This document shows, one piece after another, positions 1 through 15,140 of a stretch of 64,000 nucleotides of DNA. Origin of the DNA: Zygnema circumcarinatum SAG 698-1b (lineage: Eukaryota; Plantae; Zygnematophyceae). Every line of letters starts with the position of its first letter. The stretch's first letter is position 1. A program made the position numbers and the translations under genes. Location: positions 1,459,361 through 1,523,360 of the forward strand of contig CM074805.1 of NCBI GenBank assembly GCA_037447605.1, read 5' to 3'. The notes beneath the pieces are model-generated. The model was not told where the DNA came from. It did not search any database and worked only from the letters and a program-made list of their open reading frames with translations.

Positions 1-576
1 GGAGGGGCACGTGATCGACCGAAGGAGCCGCTCTCAATGGACAGAAGCGGATCGTTCACGCGCGGCCTGGGGGGAGGAGCTCTGCCTCCGCAGAGGGGCG
101 GCGAGGAAAAGGATAAAGCATTGTAACCGGGTTTTTTTGTCGCTTGATTGTTTCCGAGTTACTTTGCGGAGGGGTGGGAGAGCTTGTTCATAAGTTTTGG
201 GGGTTAGGCTTAGGTAATGGATGTCCGGGTTGATCCATACTGAAAGAATTGTACAAAGTTTGGCTAAACGCGCCTTCTGAGGAATGATGAGTGCCTGCAG
301 AATAGGTAGATACGCTGGCATGTCCAGAGCTCATCTCGGCATATGTAATGCGGCTTATACGGGCTGTAATAGCATCTGCCGCCAGCACTCTACGGCCAGT
401 TGAAAGGATTTGCATAATGCTTAAATGAATGAAACTGGCTGTGGTTGCATGCTCGCTAATAGTGCTGCCATTGCTTGTCTCGTGATCTTTATAACGGCCC
501 ATCTAATCTTCCTTTCGAAGGAGGTAGCTCCCCCCCTCCCTTGCTTCCTCCCACTCCCCCTCCCCCTCCCCCTCCC

Positions 577-586
577 NNNNNNNNNN
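577..586. other. Scaffold gap (10 N); further gaps at 10446-10455, 12109-12118, 12467-12476 and 32100-32109
   Basis: Runs of N read directly. Confidence 1.
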
Positions 587-1578
587 CCCCACTTTTTCTC
601 TCGCTCTCTCTCTCCTCTCCCTCTCTCCTCTTTCCTCTTTCCTCCCTCTTCCTCTCCCTCTCTCTCTCTGCTGTTGCTGCTCTTGCGAAGAACCTTCGAC
701 CCCTCCCTCTCTCTCGCGCCCGCTCTGCTGTTCCGCTCCCGCGTCATGTCACGTCACGGGAACCTTCTTCGGCGCTTCGGCCCGGGCCAGTCCGGTCGCG
801 GCGGGCGGGCGCAGGCATTATTATCATTTGTACGGACCGGCTAATTGCGCCGCCTGGAGGGCCGCCGCTCTGCCCGGCGGACGCCTCACGGACGCCTCAC
901 GGACGAGGCGGAATTTAGACATGCGTTTTTTTTCCAAAGATTGCGGGCAGGAAGTGAAGATATTTGACTCGTGACACGACACCGCGCGACGCGGCACTGG
1001 CCAGAGCCACGTCCTGTCCTGTCACGTTCCTTGGCGTCATATCGACCGTTAGATTCCTTCTCTGTGTGAAGAGCACGGCTGCGATTGACTGTTTGACTTG
1101 GGTTGACCCATTTTTTTTTTTCTAGGTTTTTTTAAATTGTCAGCTGGTTGAGCGAAAATTTGTGAGGTCAGAAGGGAGGGAGCCGAGGCCGGGGCAGGTC
1201 TGCAAGGAGTGAGGGAGAGCTCCTGCAAGCCTGTCTGGGGCTTGGCTGGGCTAGTGGGTGCCTGTGGGGCTGCATATGTATATGGGGAGAGGAGCAGAAG
1301 CAGGCAGGCTGCTGCAAGCGGAAAGACTGTGAAGGTCTGAGCTTTTGCTCCGTTAAGGTAGGGGAATTCACGCTGAGGTGGGAGCCTGTCAGGGGCTGCT
1401 CACAATTGTAGCGATTCGGGAGGTGGGCCCGAGAAGGGAAGAAGAAGCAAGGGCTGGGAATCACTCGTGTTAGGGGGTCGTTACATTGTGTGTTTGAGAG
1501 GTGGGAGGTAGCTGGCGAATACGGGTAGCGCTTGCAGCCAGGTGCATCGTGCTTAGAGCTCCCAGTGTTTGGTTCAAG

Positions 1579-5088
<3,510 letters not shown>

Positions 5089-5745
5089 TATTCAGATCCA
5101 CTAAAAATGGAGGAATGGAGGGGCTCAATCGTTCGTTTGTGTGTGGTGTAAAAGATCGAGCCGGATTAGTGAAGCTAATACTTGGCTTGTTTCTGAAGGA
5201 TGTGCAGTCATGTGTAATGTAGATTAGGTCAAAGGACCCGGCGTTCTGTGTCAAATTGTAACTGTAAACGGGATATAGTAGTTGGATAATGGTGTAAAGA
5301 GAAGGCAGTAAAGAGAAGCGCGGCCAACGGGGGATTTTACTTTGTGTCTGTTGGAATCTTTAAGAAATAAAACTGGAAGTTTCAGCAGCTGCAGCAATGC
5401 AAGTCGAGCTGTTCTTTGCCATCACTCGTATTGTGCCTGTTTCTAATTTCGTGTTGAATAAACCCACGTTGATTGAAAAGCTTTACAGGCACGCAGTAAA
5501 CAGGATAAAGCAGGCTAAAACACGGTTTCTCAAATGCAACATGAAGCCGGTCTGCAAATGTTCTTTCATGCGCGCGTGCCCAAACCCCTCCTCGACAGTC
5601 AAACAGGACCCCTTCCCCACACCCTCGCCCCATTTGCACCGTTGCTCTTCGTTGACCGCCACTCGGGCCTGTCAGCCTTTCAAAAAACTCGTCATACTAA
5701 ACCCTCCACGTTCGTACCATTTGGAGTGACCGTCAGCAACACGCC

Positions 5746-5803
5746 CCGTCCGTCCGTCCGTCCGTCCGTCCGTCCGTCCGTCCGTCCGTCCGTCCGTCCG
5801 TCC
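5746..5803. repeat. (CCGT)n tetranucleotide microsatellite, about 14 copies
   Basis: Direct reading. Confidence 0.97.
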
Positions 5804-6033
5804 CTCGCGGTCCGTCCGTCTCCGCCCCTCCGCTCGCACATGGGGACGCGTAGTCACGTCACGTCACGGCTCGTCACGTCACGGCGTCACGGCGCGTCGC
5901 GACAAACTGAAAGTGAGGGCCGCCCTCCGTTCGTGGTGCGGTTAATTACTATTTTCAACATGCGCCAACCAACCACGTCTCGCCACGTGTGCAGAAAAGA
6001 CCCGAAGATGACGCCATGATGGCCCTTATCGGC

Positions 6034-7643
6034 AGGGGCGACTATTTACAGTGTCCTTTTTCTGAATGTAGTGTACGTTTTCGCCGGGCAGCAAAAAAAA
6101 AGGATTTTTTTGGCGAAAAGTGCTGTTTCATACTTTTCAGAATAGATACAGACCTTTTTTCGTCGGATGTACGGATGGTGATTTGAAAATGTACGAAGCG
6201 CGCGCGTCTACAAGGTATAAGGGCGCAACACGTGGAGCGACGTGATTGGTCGTGACAACATATGACGTGGCAAGTATGTTTGGGACCATGACGTGACGAA
6301 ACGAGACGCGACAAAAGTGGAGTCCGCGGTCGGCAGTCGGAAATGGTGGGAATTAAAACTGACAGATTTTTCCTGAAACACGCTACGTTATGTGCCCTAT
6401 CTTTTGGGTAGTGATATTTCCACCCCTTTTTTGGATCCAAACACCCCTTCCCGGCCGGGCAGATTTCAAAAGGGATTAAAAACAGAAAATGCTTTTTTCA
6501 CACCTCTTTGGAATCGATACCCACCTTCTTCCGTCGGCTGATTTTATTTTTGCTAACCAAGGAAAATGATACCCCGTCACCGCATTTTGAATACTGTATC
6601 CCGTCTCCCTGAATTTTTTTTTTGAGGGAAAGAAATATCTGCCTGCCCGAATCCGCTCGGAGCGGAAGATCCGTCCGCCACGAGATCGTTCGCGGGTGTC
6701 GATTCCCTCGCAGATCACACCACTGCAGATCACCGTTCGATCTGCAGCCGGGCTCGATCTTAGCGAATGGAAAGCGCCCACGATTCCCGTCAAAGCCAAA
6801 TCGCACGTGCGAGTGCGCACGTCCTTCAGCCCGAGATCTCATCATTGTTAGCTCCCAGCCAATCAACATCTGCCACGTGTTACGTTTTTGACGTGGAAAA
6901 TTTTGATTGGTCTAAGGTCTCAATGTACGAAATTTTGGGTTCTTCAAGTTGCGACCGTACGACATTTGTACGGGCAAACTTTTGAGAGGACTTTGGCGGG
7001 ATACGTGGGCTCGTGCCATGCGCTGTGACCGAGCCCGGCTGCCGATCAAATAGTGATCTGCCGTGTTGCGATCTGTGAGGGAATCGACGGTTGCGATTGC
7101 GATTGACCGCACGCGTGAAAAAAAATTCAGATAGGCGGGATTTTCAAAATGGGGTGACGGGTTATCATTTTCCTTGTTTCGCAGAAATAAAATCTGCCTA
7201 TGGAGGGTGGTATCGATTCCAAAAAGGTGTGAAAAAAGAATTTTCCGTTTTTAATCCTTTTTGAAATCTGCCCGGCCGGGAAGGGGTGTTTGGATCCAAA
7301 AAAGGGGTGGAAATATCACTACCCTATCTTTTTCTGTCAGTTTTTATTCCCGCGGACTCCACTTTTGTCGCGTCTCGTTTCGTCACGTCATGGTCCCAAA
7401 CATACTTGCCACGTCATATGTTGCCGCGACCAATCATGTCGCTCCACGTGTTGCGCCCTTATACCTTGTAGACGCGCGCGCTTCGTACATTTCAAATCAC
7501 CATCCTTACATCCGACGAAAAAAGGTCTGTATCTATTCTGAAAAGTATGAAACAGCATTTTTCGCCAAAAAAATCCTTTTTTTTGCTGCCCGGCGAAAAC
7601 GTACACTACATTCAGAAAAAGGACACTGTAAATAGTCGCCCCC
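6034..7643. mobile_element. Non-autonomous foldback / Mutator-like (MULE) element with very long terminal inverted repeats
   Basis: The arm at about 6034-6760 is the reverse complement of about 7025-7643 (e.g. GGGGCGACTATTTACAGTGTCC / GGACACTGTAAATAGTCGCCCC), with two insertions in the left arm. Spacer about 265 bp, no transposase ORF. A 9-bp TSD CTTATCGGC lies at 6025-6033 and is recoverable on the right once the adjacent MITE is removed. A 9-bp TSD with long TIRs is the Mutator signature. Confidence 0.85.
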
Positions 7644-7647
7644 CTTA

Positions 7648-8172
7648 CAGGGGGTCCTCGTCATATTTTCCACCTTCAACAGTGCGTCACCAATAAATTC
7701 GCACCGATTTTGCCGAAATCACCTTTTTGTACGGTAACTTCGTGTTAGCCGTACTAACGTACTATTCATACCCTAAAAACCCTGAAACCCTAAAAATCCG
7801 TACTAACCGTACTAACTGTACTAGCCGTACTAGCTGTACTAGCCGTTACGGGTTACGCAAAACTTCACCTAATCTCCTCGCACGTGCCCCCGTACGAGGC
7901 GCTCGCTCTTCTCCCCTTCTTTTTGGCTTCGATATGATACGATACTCCCCGATACAGTACTATCCGTACTAGCCGTATGACCTGTACTAGCTGATACAGT
8001 ACGACACGGTACAATATGACAAAAAACGATACGATACGATACGTACGGACATACATGAACACTAACATCATTCCGCTTGCCTATTGGTACCACGGACCTT
8101 CTATTTGCCAAAAACAATATTTTCGCCCGGTATTTGCCAAGACCAGGTGGAAAATATGACGAGGACCCCCTG
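7648..8172. mobile_element. Tc1/mariner-type MITE (525 bp)
   Basis: Perfect 27-bp TIR CAGGGGGTCCTCGTCATATTTTCCACC (7648-7674 / 8146-8172), TA flanks on both sides, interior rich in CGTACTA and GATAC short repeats, no ORF. Confidence 0.9.
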
Positions 8173-8409
8173 TATCGGCGCCTCGTTTGGGTGTGAGCAA
8201 AATCGTACGGAGTGTTGTTTTGAGTAAACCGCGCAAGTCAATCTTCGCAGCATTTATAACCCATTGACTTAACACAGTTGACTTCAAGTCGGTTCAGTTT
8301 AGGTTCGAAAACGTCGTGAATTTTTTTCAGTACTTGGTAACCTTCGTTTTAGCACTACTAAAAACTCGATATTTGTAACATTTTTGTTAAGTCTGACCCG
8401 TTCTATCAT

Positions 8410-10396
8410 TGTAACGAACCCAGTTCTAACCTCAATCTATCTTCTGTTGTATATCCATCCATGGATTTACCACCAGCTGTGTCTCCTCCACCTGAATCTC
8501 CAGTCTCAAACATCTCAGACATAAGACAAGCTCAACAGATTGAGAAAAGCCCCATCGGCCCAAAACTCTTGTTTTAAATGAATGAGTATAAGACATGTAC
8601 AGCAGTGCCACACTACTTGTCCTTTCTTGCACTAACCCGCATATATCCCATTAGCAGCTTCCTTACCTACAGCCAAACGTCTGAGCAAGCTCTCTGAAAG
8701 CAGCTAAATCAATGAAGGGTTCAAGCTGTCGGAAGGCTGCATTCTATGCCTAAAGATACGATGCCACACTTCTTGTACATCTGTACTGTCCGTACAATTC
8801 ATACACCAGGTAAAAGTGGTACGGTACAGTATGGTACGGTACTCGGACTGCCATACACATGCACCTCTAACACCTGCAAGGCACATCTAACCTCCCTAGA
8901 GAGTCTGTAGCAAGCCTTGAGCACAACACCCAAAGCCTGCTAGAGACTAAGTCACTTGTGTTGATGTATGGGGTACATCAAGTTGTTGGTACTTAGTTCT
9001 TAGCATGAATGTTGTCCGGGAGATCAATGTGCTGGTATAGGGACAATGTCATGCATGAACGGTCATGTTTGGTGTAGGACCGAACATGGGGGGTGCCCGT
9101 ATCATTAGGGCACGGTACGGCAGGTCTAGGAATAGTCTAGGGTCGTAGGTTTGCGGCTTTGACTTAGATCGAACCAAAGGGGGCGCGCGGAGTGCGCTTG
9201 GACGGATTGGAGCGCGGCCGTACGGACGGCGCGCGAATTGTACGGACGACGCGGAAGTTTGCGGATGCGGAGATTTGGAAGCGCGGGAGGCGGATTTGCA
9301 TGAAGCGACATGATTGGTCGCGACAGCACGCAAAACGCGGCGCATCTCTGAGCATGACGTGACGCAGGGTTCAGCAATGTCGGTGGAGAACTTGTGAGAT
9401 ATTTGGAGTGCGCTGATTGGTCGCAGCGCGAGTGCGGAGTACGGAGCGCAAAGCGGCTGAGTGCGCCGCGAGTGCGTGAAGTACTGACGAGCGATTCTGA
9501 TTGGTCGTGGCGCAAGCGCGAAACGCGGAGAGCAAAGTTGCGGCGCGGAAACGACAAGGGAATGTCGGCGGCGAATCGAGACGCGCCATGTGGACCACTC
9601 GCGGAGTGGGTTTGCTGGCTCGAGTGTACGGCAGAATGGTCGGCGGGCGAAGAATGCTACTGAGGGCTGGCGAAGCGGCGGAACTGTACGGATGGACAAG
9701 AACTAGGTCGGTGCCATCGTAGGTTTACGAGGCCCACGAGCTGGTCGCTAATTCTGAGTGCGCCCACTCAGCGGAATGCAAGGGCCGGCCGTGACGTGAC
9801 AATTATGTCGCGTCACATCGCCATGGTTACTTAAGAGACAGCAAGCTTGGCTCTCTCACTACTCAAACTCAAACTCTAACTCGCTCACTCTCTCTGAATG
9901 TAATGCTGCTCTGTCGTTGGTTGTTTAGGAAGAGCAAGCAGAGGTTGAGGCGTAGAGGAGTCCGGCCTTGTGTATGAAGGTCGTGAGAACTAGCTCTCAT
10001 CATGCTAAGCTTTAGTAATGAAGTTAGATGGTGTGTCCCTCATGTGTTGAGGTAGAGGAGGAGTTCAAGGAGGCAATTAGTGCCTGGCTACTGCAGTTGG
10101 GGTGTAGGCTATCTATGAGAATAGGATAGTGCTCATGTAAGGAGGTGAATCTAGCATAAGGGATTATGTAGATTTCCTAAAGAGCTTGTATTACACTCTT
10201 GAATTTTAAGGAGTTTTATGGTCGTGGGCTTTCTCCTTATTACTGCATCATTTTATTGAAAAAGACGGAGTGGACATTGTACGATCAAAGTGAGGACAGA
10301 GAGAGTTGACACAAAAAGACAGATGTGTGATTAACGTGGTAAAGTGTACAATGTCCTAATCTGTTTTATATACATTGCGGCTAGAGCTACGCGACA
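8410..10396. mobile_element. Probable long LTR (about 2 kb) or LTR-retrotransposon remnant
   Basis: Begins TGTAACG and ends CGCGACA (TG...CA with an imperfect terminal inverted repeat). Non-coding, carries the recurrent AAGGAGTTTT...GCTTTCTCC motif, and ends shortly before a scaffold gap. Boundaries are inferred. Confidence 0.4.
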
Positions 10397-10777
10397 AAAG
10401 AGTGTGGAACTAGCCTGAGCAAGGGCGGCCGGGTGTGAAGCACACNNNNNNNNNNGTACGGCGGCGCGCCGCGTCGCGGCGAGCGTTCGTACGTTGCACT
10501 CCTCTGACTATAGATCCGTATTATACACTTTGAGGTTCGATACAATGTATAATACAGTATTAATACTGTATTATACACTGTATAATACTTCAACGCAACT
10601 GTTAACAGCCGTACAATCAAACATAGATCCGTACGGAAATTATGTACGGAAAAGGTGTACGAACATGTACGGACCACTGTCGTCATCCAACCAACGTACC
10701 GGCATACAGTTGCACCCTGCCCAAGGCTGCCGTTCTCTCTCTCACTCTCTCTCGCTCTCGCTCTTGCTCCTGCAGGC

Positions 10778-11925
10778 ATGCCACCCGTTCCCGCTTGTGA
10801 GTGGGCAGAGTTCGGTCCCAAGTTTCAGGAGAGAGATAAAAAGTATGCCAGGGTTAAATGCAAGCAATGCAATGCATTTGTTGTTGCAGCGATTGAAAGG
10901 CTAAAGCAACACCTTCAAGTATGCCCCCAACGCGCAAAAAGAGTGGGTCAGATGATGTCTTTACCCCATCCTTCATCATCTCCCGCTCCGATTGCTGAGG
11001 AAGGCTTGACCATCAGTTCGGCCAGTGCTCATCCTTCCTCTGAAGTTCCGACCATGAAAAAGAGAAGAAAGGACACAGCTTCAGCTTCTGTCATCAACAA
11101 CAACAACAGCTGGTTTGGACCCTTACGCCCCTTTGTTGATTCCATCTCCTTAAAGGAGAAAAATGAGCTGGACGAGCTGTTTGCTACTGCTATCCATCGT
11201 ACTGGAACGGCATTCACTCTCTTCTCAAACCCACACTACATGAGGTTCTTTCAGAAGCTCCGTGCTTGTTATCAGTTACCAGGTCCAGATCGGATTGGAG
11301 GAGACTTACTCCGACTAGAGTACGACAGAGTTATGCGAGAAACGTTTGCAGAGATTCAATCTTGGAGGACAATATGTTTCTCAATTGATGGAGCTACAAA
11401 CATTCAAGGGAAGCAAGTCCTTAACCTTATGGCCTGTGCTCCAAGAGCCTTCTTTTTGGAGCATTTTACAATGGAGCTTAGGAGAGAGTCTTCTGAGAAT
11501 CTGCGAAATAAGATGCTGGATGCCAAGCAACGCGTGAAATGGCAGTTGCAAGAAGCTATTCCTGATGTTATCGAGGTCCCAAATGCAAATGACTCTACTA
11601 CTACGGGCCCTTCACAGCGTATTCTTTGGAGCTTTGTTTCAGATTCTCCAAACGTCATGTGTCGTCTGCGAAAACTTTTGTACCAGTCAAAGGAGTTTGA
11701 TGTGGTCTACGGGTGCGCACCACACAGTTTAAATAACTTTTGTTTGGACGTGCTAAAGCTTCAAGGTCCCTTGAGAGCGCTTAAAGAAGCAATTGCAGTC
11801 GTCAAGCACCTTCGTGGAGTACATTTGGTTAACCAACTTTTTGACCGCCTTTGCAAGGAGAAGTTCCAGCGCACGTATGCTTTGATTCTTTTCACAAAGA
11901 CACGGTGGTCAACTTCACACTCACG
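10778..11925 (+). mobile_element. hAT-superfamily transposase (BED zinc finger + DUF659-type catalytic region), 3'-truncated
   Basis: Within ORF 10655-11971: BED-like W...VKCKQC...RLKQHLQVC, then FSIDGATN (first catalytic D), FVSDSPNVM (second D), GCAPHSLN (CxxH) and TRWS. Similarity stops abruptly after RWS. GTAC-rich subterminal-like repeats lie upstream at 10456-10680. Confidence 0.85.
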
Positions 11926-12108
11926 TTTCATTTCATGCAACGTGAGTTGCTTTATCTTGGGCATATCCTGAATGATCAGGGCCTTCGGCTTGATCCTGCC
12001 AAAGTTTCAACGGTAGAAACTTGGGCGCCACCGACTGACTTGCACCAGTTGAGGTCTTTTCTGGGCTTTGCGAATTATTTTCGTAAGTTCATCCAAGGGT
12101 TTAGTAAA
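11926..12108 (+). mobile_element. Ty3/Gypsy reverse transcriptase C-terminal fragment
   Basis: HFMQRELLYLGH...DPAKVSTVETWAPPTDLHQLRSFLGFANYFRKFIQGFSK is the typical Gypsy RT end; it runs into gap 12109-12118. Confidence 0.9.
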
Positions 12109-12118
12109 NNNNNNNNNN

Positions 12119-12466
12119 TAACCAGCGTGACTGCCACCGCTCCCTCCAAATAGCAACGCCATGTCCTCAGGGCGTGAACAACGGCCAAGAGCTCTTGCTC
12201 TGTGGCGGAGTAGTTTCGCTCAGCTGGGTTCATCTTGCGACTTTCGTAAGCAAGAGGTTGGTTATCTTGGAACAAGACCGCACCCAAAGCGAACCCAGAA
12301 GCGTCACATACCACTTCATATGGTAACCGCGGGTCAGCCAACCTCAACGTAGGTGCTGTCACAAGCGCATGTCTAACACCATCAAAAGCCTCCTGGCACT
12401 CTGGTGTCCATGCATACGCGACACCGGAACGTGTCAAATTGGTAAGAGGTGTTACCAACTTACTAA
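12119..12466 (-). mobile_element. Ty3/Gypsy connection + RNase H fragment, on a short contig between two gaps
   Basis: SKLVTPLTNLT...W..ECQEAF...LVTAPTL.LAD...VVCDASGFALGAVLFQ...LAYESRKMNPAERNYSATEQELLAVVHALRTWRCYL. Confidence 0.92.
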
Positions 12467-12476
12467 NNNNNNNNNN

Positions 12477-12656
12477 ACACCTGTACGGACGACCAGTACG
12501 ATCCAAAAGAGATCCTTGCCCGCCACAAGGATCGAGCCCAAGACCTCCTGCGGTCTTGGCAGCGTCCTAACCTATCCGCTAGGCGCTGAGATGAAGGGGT
12601 AGTCATAGTATCACTATGAGTACGCCTCCGGGGTCACGCTGTAGCGTTACGCTACA
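12477..12656 (-). mobile_element. LTR-like segment starting TGTAGCGTAACGCTACA and containing a degenerate tRNA-like sequence
   Basis: Terminal palindrome at 12640-12656. Cloverleaf-spaced tRNA relic at about 12517-12590, followed by a TTTT run. The segment is cut by a gap. Confidence 0.5.
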
Positions 12657-13414
12657 GGAGATCATTGAAGGAGCATGGACTTGAGGAGCCGAGACCATGG
12701 AGGAGTTGAAGTGTTCTTGTAGGTGTCGCTTTTAGTTTTCCGTTGTGCGCACCTGGCAAGGGGTGGATGGAAGGCAGATCGTGGAGGAAGCGGTATGTGG
12801 CCCAAGTGGAAGTTGAAGAAAGTTTTTGATCTTCATCCGGGCATGTATTTATCCCTTCTTTGAAGTCTGCCCTCTGGGCCCTCCTTGCACCAACAACTTG
12901 AATGTAATACTGGTTTCTGGAACAATTGGAACAACTGCAAGTGCATCTTTCCAAGATGCCCCCTCTTGCATTCGCCCCACGCCCTTTATACACTCCCCCT
13001 GTCGAACCCTTTACCAGCGTAAGGGACCGGGAGCAGGGCTAGCCAATGGCGCCATGCCACGTGGCCAATCGGCTGGCCCAATGCCAGTTGTATGAGAGGC
13101 CGATCACGATCGCCAGCATTTCCCAATGTATAACTGTGACGCGTCATGCCGCATAGTGACTGGCGGTCGTGGTCGCGTTCCGATCTCGAACGCAATGCGC
13201 GACACCGTAGAATCGTCGTCAGTCCGTACTGTCTGTACGAGTGGTACGGATCTATACGACTACACCATACGACTATACGGATGATCCGTACGGCCAAACC
13301 GTACGGAGACCCTTAGGATGCCGGCAGTACCGTGGTGTCTATAGCGTTCAGTTCGCTACAGAGTCCATGTCCCACAAAACATTGTACAGTCTCTAGTGCT
13401 CTTGGGGCCTAGGC

Positions 13415-15140
13415 TCAAAACGGGCCCAACCCCAGTAGAAGACCATTCTTCCACATGATGGGTCCACTGACCCCTTTTGTAAGCATGTCTACTGCCATGT
13501 TTTTTGTCTCGACAAAGGACACTGTGATCTCACCCACCTCCACTAGTTCCCGCGTGTAATGATAGTGGAGCTTGATGTGCTTGCTCCACCGATGAAACAC
13601 TGGATTCTCAATAAGCGTAATGGAGGATTAGTTGTCGGTGAGAATCGGCAAGGGAAGTTGGGGCTGCCCACATTCCTCAAAGAATAATGATAGCCACACG
13701 GCTTCTCGGGCGGCATGACAAGCAGCCATGTACTCAGATTTGGTGGTCGAGAGAGCGACTGTCTTTTGTAACTTTGAACTCCAAGAAATGACCCCACGTG
13801 CATAGAGATAAGCATAGCCCGAAATGGACCTAGAAGTATTTAGGTCCCCGCCCTAATCAGCATCTGTGTATCCATACACAGGAGTGTCGCTCCCCCTCTC
13901 AAACCGAATTCCAAAATGAGATGTGCCCTTGAGGTACTTGAAGATCCTCTTAACAGCCTCCCAATGCTTGGCCCCAGGATTTTCCATGTACCTGCTTGCA
14001 GTGCTGACAACCTTGGCCAGATCAGGGCGTGTGCCCACCATGAGGTACATCAAGCTACCAATGGTTGATCAGTATGGAATCTTTATCATCTCTCTCGTCT
14101 CTGCCTCAATCTAAGGGATTATGTCATGGCTGAGCTTCACGCTGTCGTCCATGGGGGTGGAGCTTGGTATGCACGTCTCCATATTGAATTTTGCCAAAAC
14201 TTCTCTGGCATACTTCTCCTGGCAGAAAAACATACTGCCATCCTTCCCCCTCTTAAGTTGGATGCCTAAGAGATACTCTGCAGGGCCGAGGTCTGAAATC
14301 TGAAAATTCTGTTGTAGAAGGTCTTTGAGACCCTGAATACTGGGCAAAGAGGCATTCACAATGATCAGGTCATCAACGTAGATGCCTACAAATAGTTGGG
14401 CACCTCCCTCCCCCTTCTTGTACACTGAATGGTCAACATTGAACTGGGTGAAGCCATTCACTACCAACAAGTCATGAATCTTTTGGTACCAGATCCTTGG
14501 TGCTTGTTTGAGCCCATAGAGGCTTTTAACAAGTCTACAAACAAGATGTCTGTTCCCTTTGACAACAGTCCCTCAGGCTGCTGCATGTAGATTTCTTCTT
14601 GGAGGTCCCCATAGAGGAAAGCACTCTTGATGTCCAACTGGTGGACATGTATGCCTTCTTCAGCATCGATAGAGATCAATGTTCGGAGTGAGTTAAACTT
14701 GACCACGGGTGCAAAGGTCTCAGAATAGTTTATGCCGTACTTTTGTAAGAACCCTTTGGCCACTAACCGCGCCTTGAATTTGTCAACACTCCCATCTGAT
14801 TTCTGTTTGACCTTGAATACCCACTTGCAGCCGATAGCTTTTTGTCCTGGGGGCACCGGCTCTAACCACCACGTTCCATTCTCCTTAAGGCTATTTAACT
14901 CACCATCAATGGCTTCCTTCCACTTCTCTACATCCGCGCCCTCCAATGCAACGGAATATGTTTGAGGCTCCTCGACGTGGGCCATGAGACAAATGGCCAT
15001 CCCTGCAAAGTCAGCAGAGTCCAGCGGAACTCTCTCCTCAACTTCTTCTGGGGGTCGCCTTTTGGAGCCCTTCTTTTTCCACAGGGAGCACTTCCACTCA
15101 CCATACCAATCCGGGGTCCTCGTATCTCTGACGGGTTGTT
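13415..15140 (-). mobile_element. Ty1/Copia RT-RNase H, frameshifted remnant
   Basis: EEPQTY...GCKWVFKVK...KARLVAKGF...FAPVVK...QLDIKSAFLYG; YVDD box (GIYVDDLII); TRPDL; GYTDAD; KHIKLHYH...DMLTKG, spread over several frames. Confidence 0.95.

Noticed and set aside
34-460. Stop-interrupted minus-strand frame (MAALLASMQ...MPAYLPILQ...) as a pseudogene
   Set aside because: It has three in-frame stops and matches no family I recognise, so it cannot be supported without a database search.
7770-7796. Interstitial telomeric repeat (AAACCCT-like)
   Set aside because: Only two imperfect units, inside a MITE; too short to call.
9049-9699. 216-aa Arg/Ala/Pro-rich ORF
   Set aside because: It is a stop-poor frame in GC-rich repeat DNA with no protein motif.
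12119-12466. Inversion within the Gypsy pol gene
   Set aside because: The + fragment ends ...GGTTTTAGTAAA (GFSK) at a gap, and the minus-strand contig begins TTAGTAAG (SK), continuing the same protein. The piece is bounded by two N gaps, so a mis-oriented contig is the simplest explanation.
12517-12590. Functional tRNA gene (same for 17966-18040)
   Set aside because: Acceptor and T stems are broken and the TTC of the T loop is not canonical. Reported only as tRNA-derived relics.
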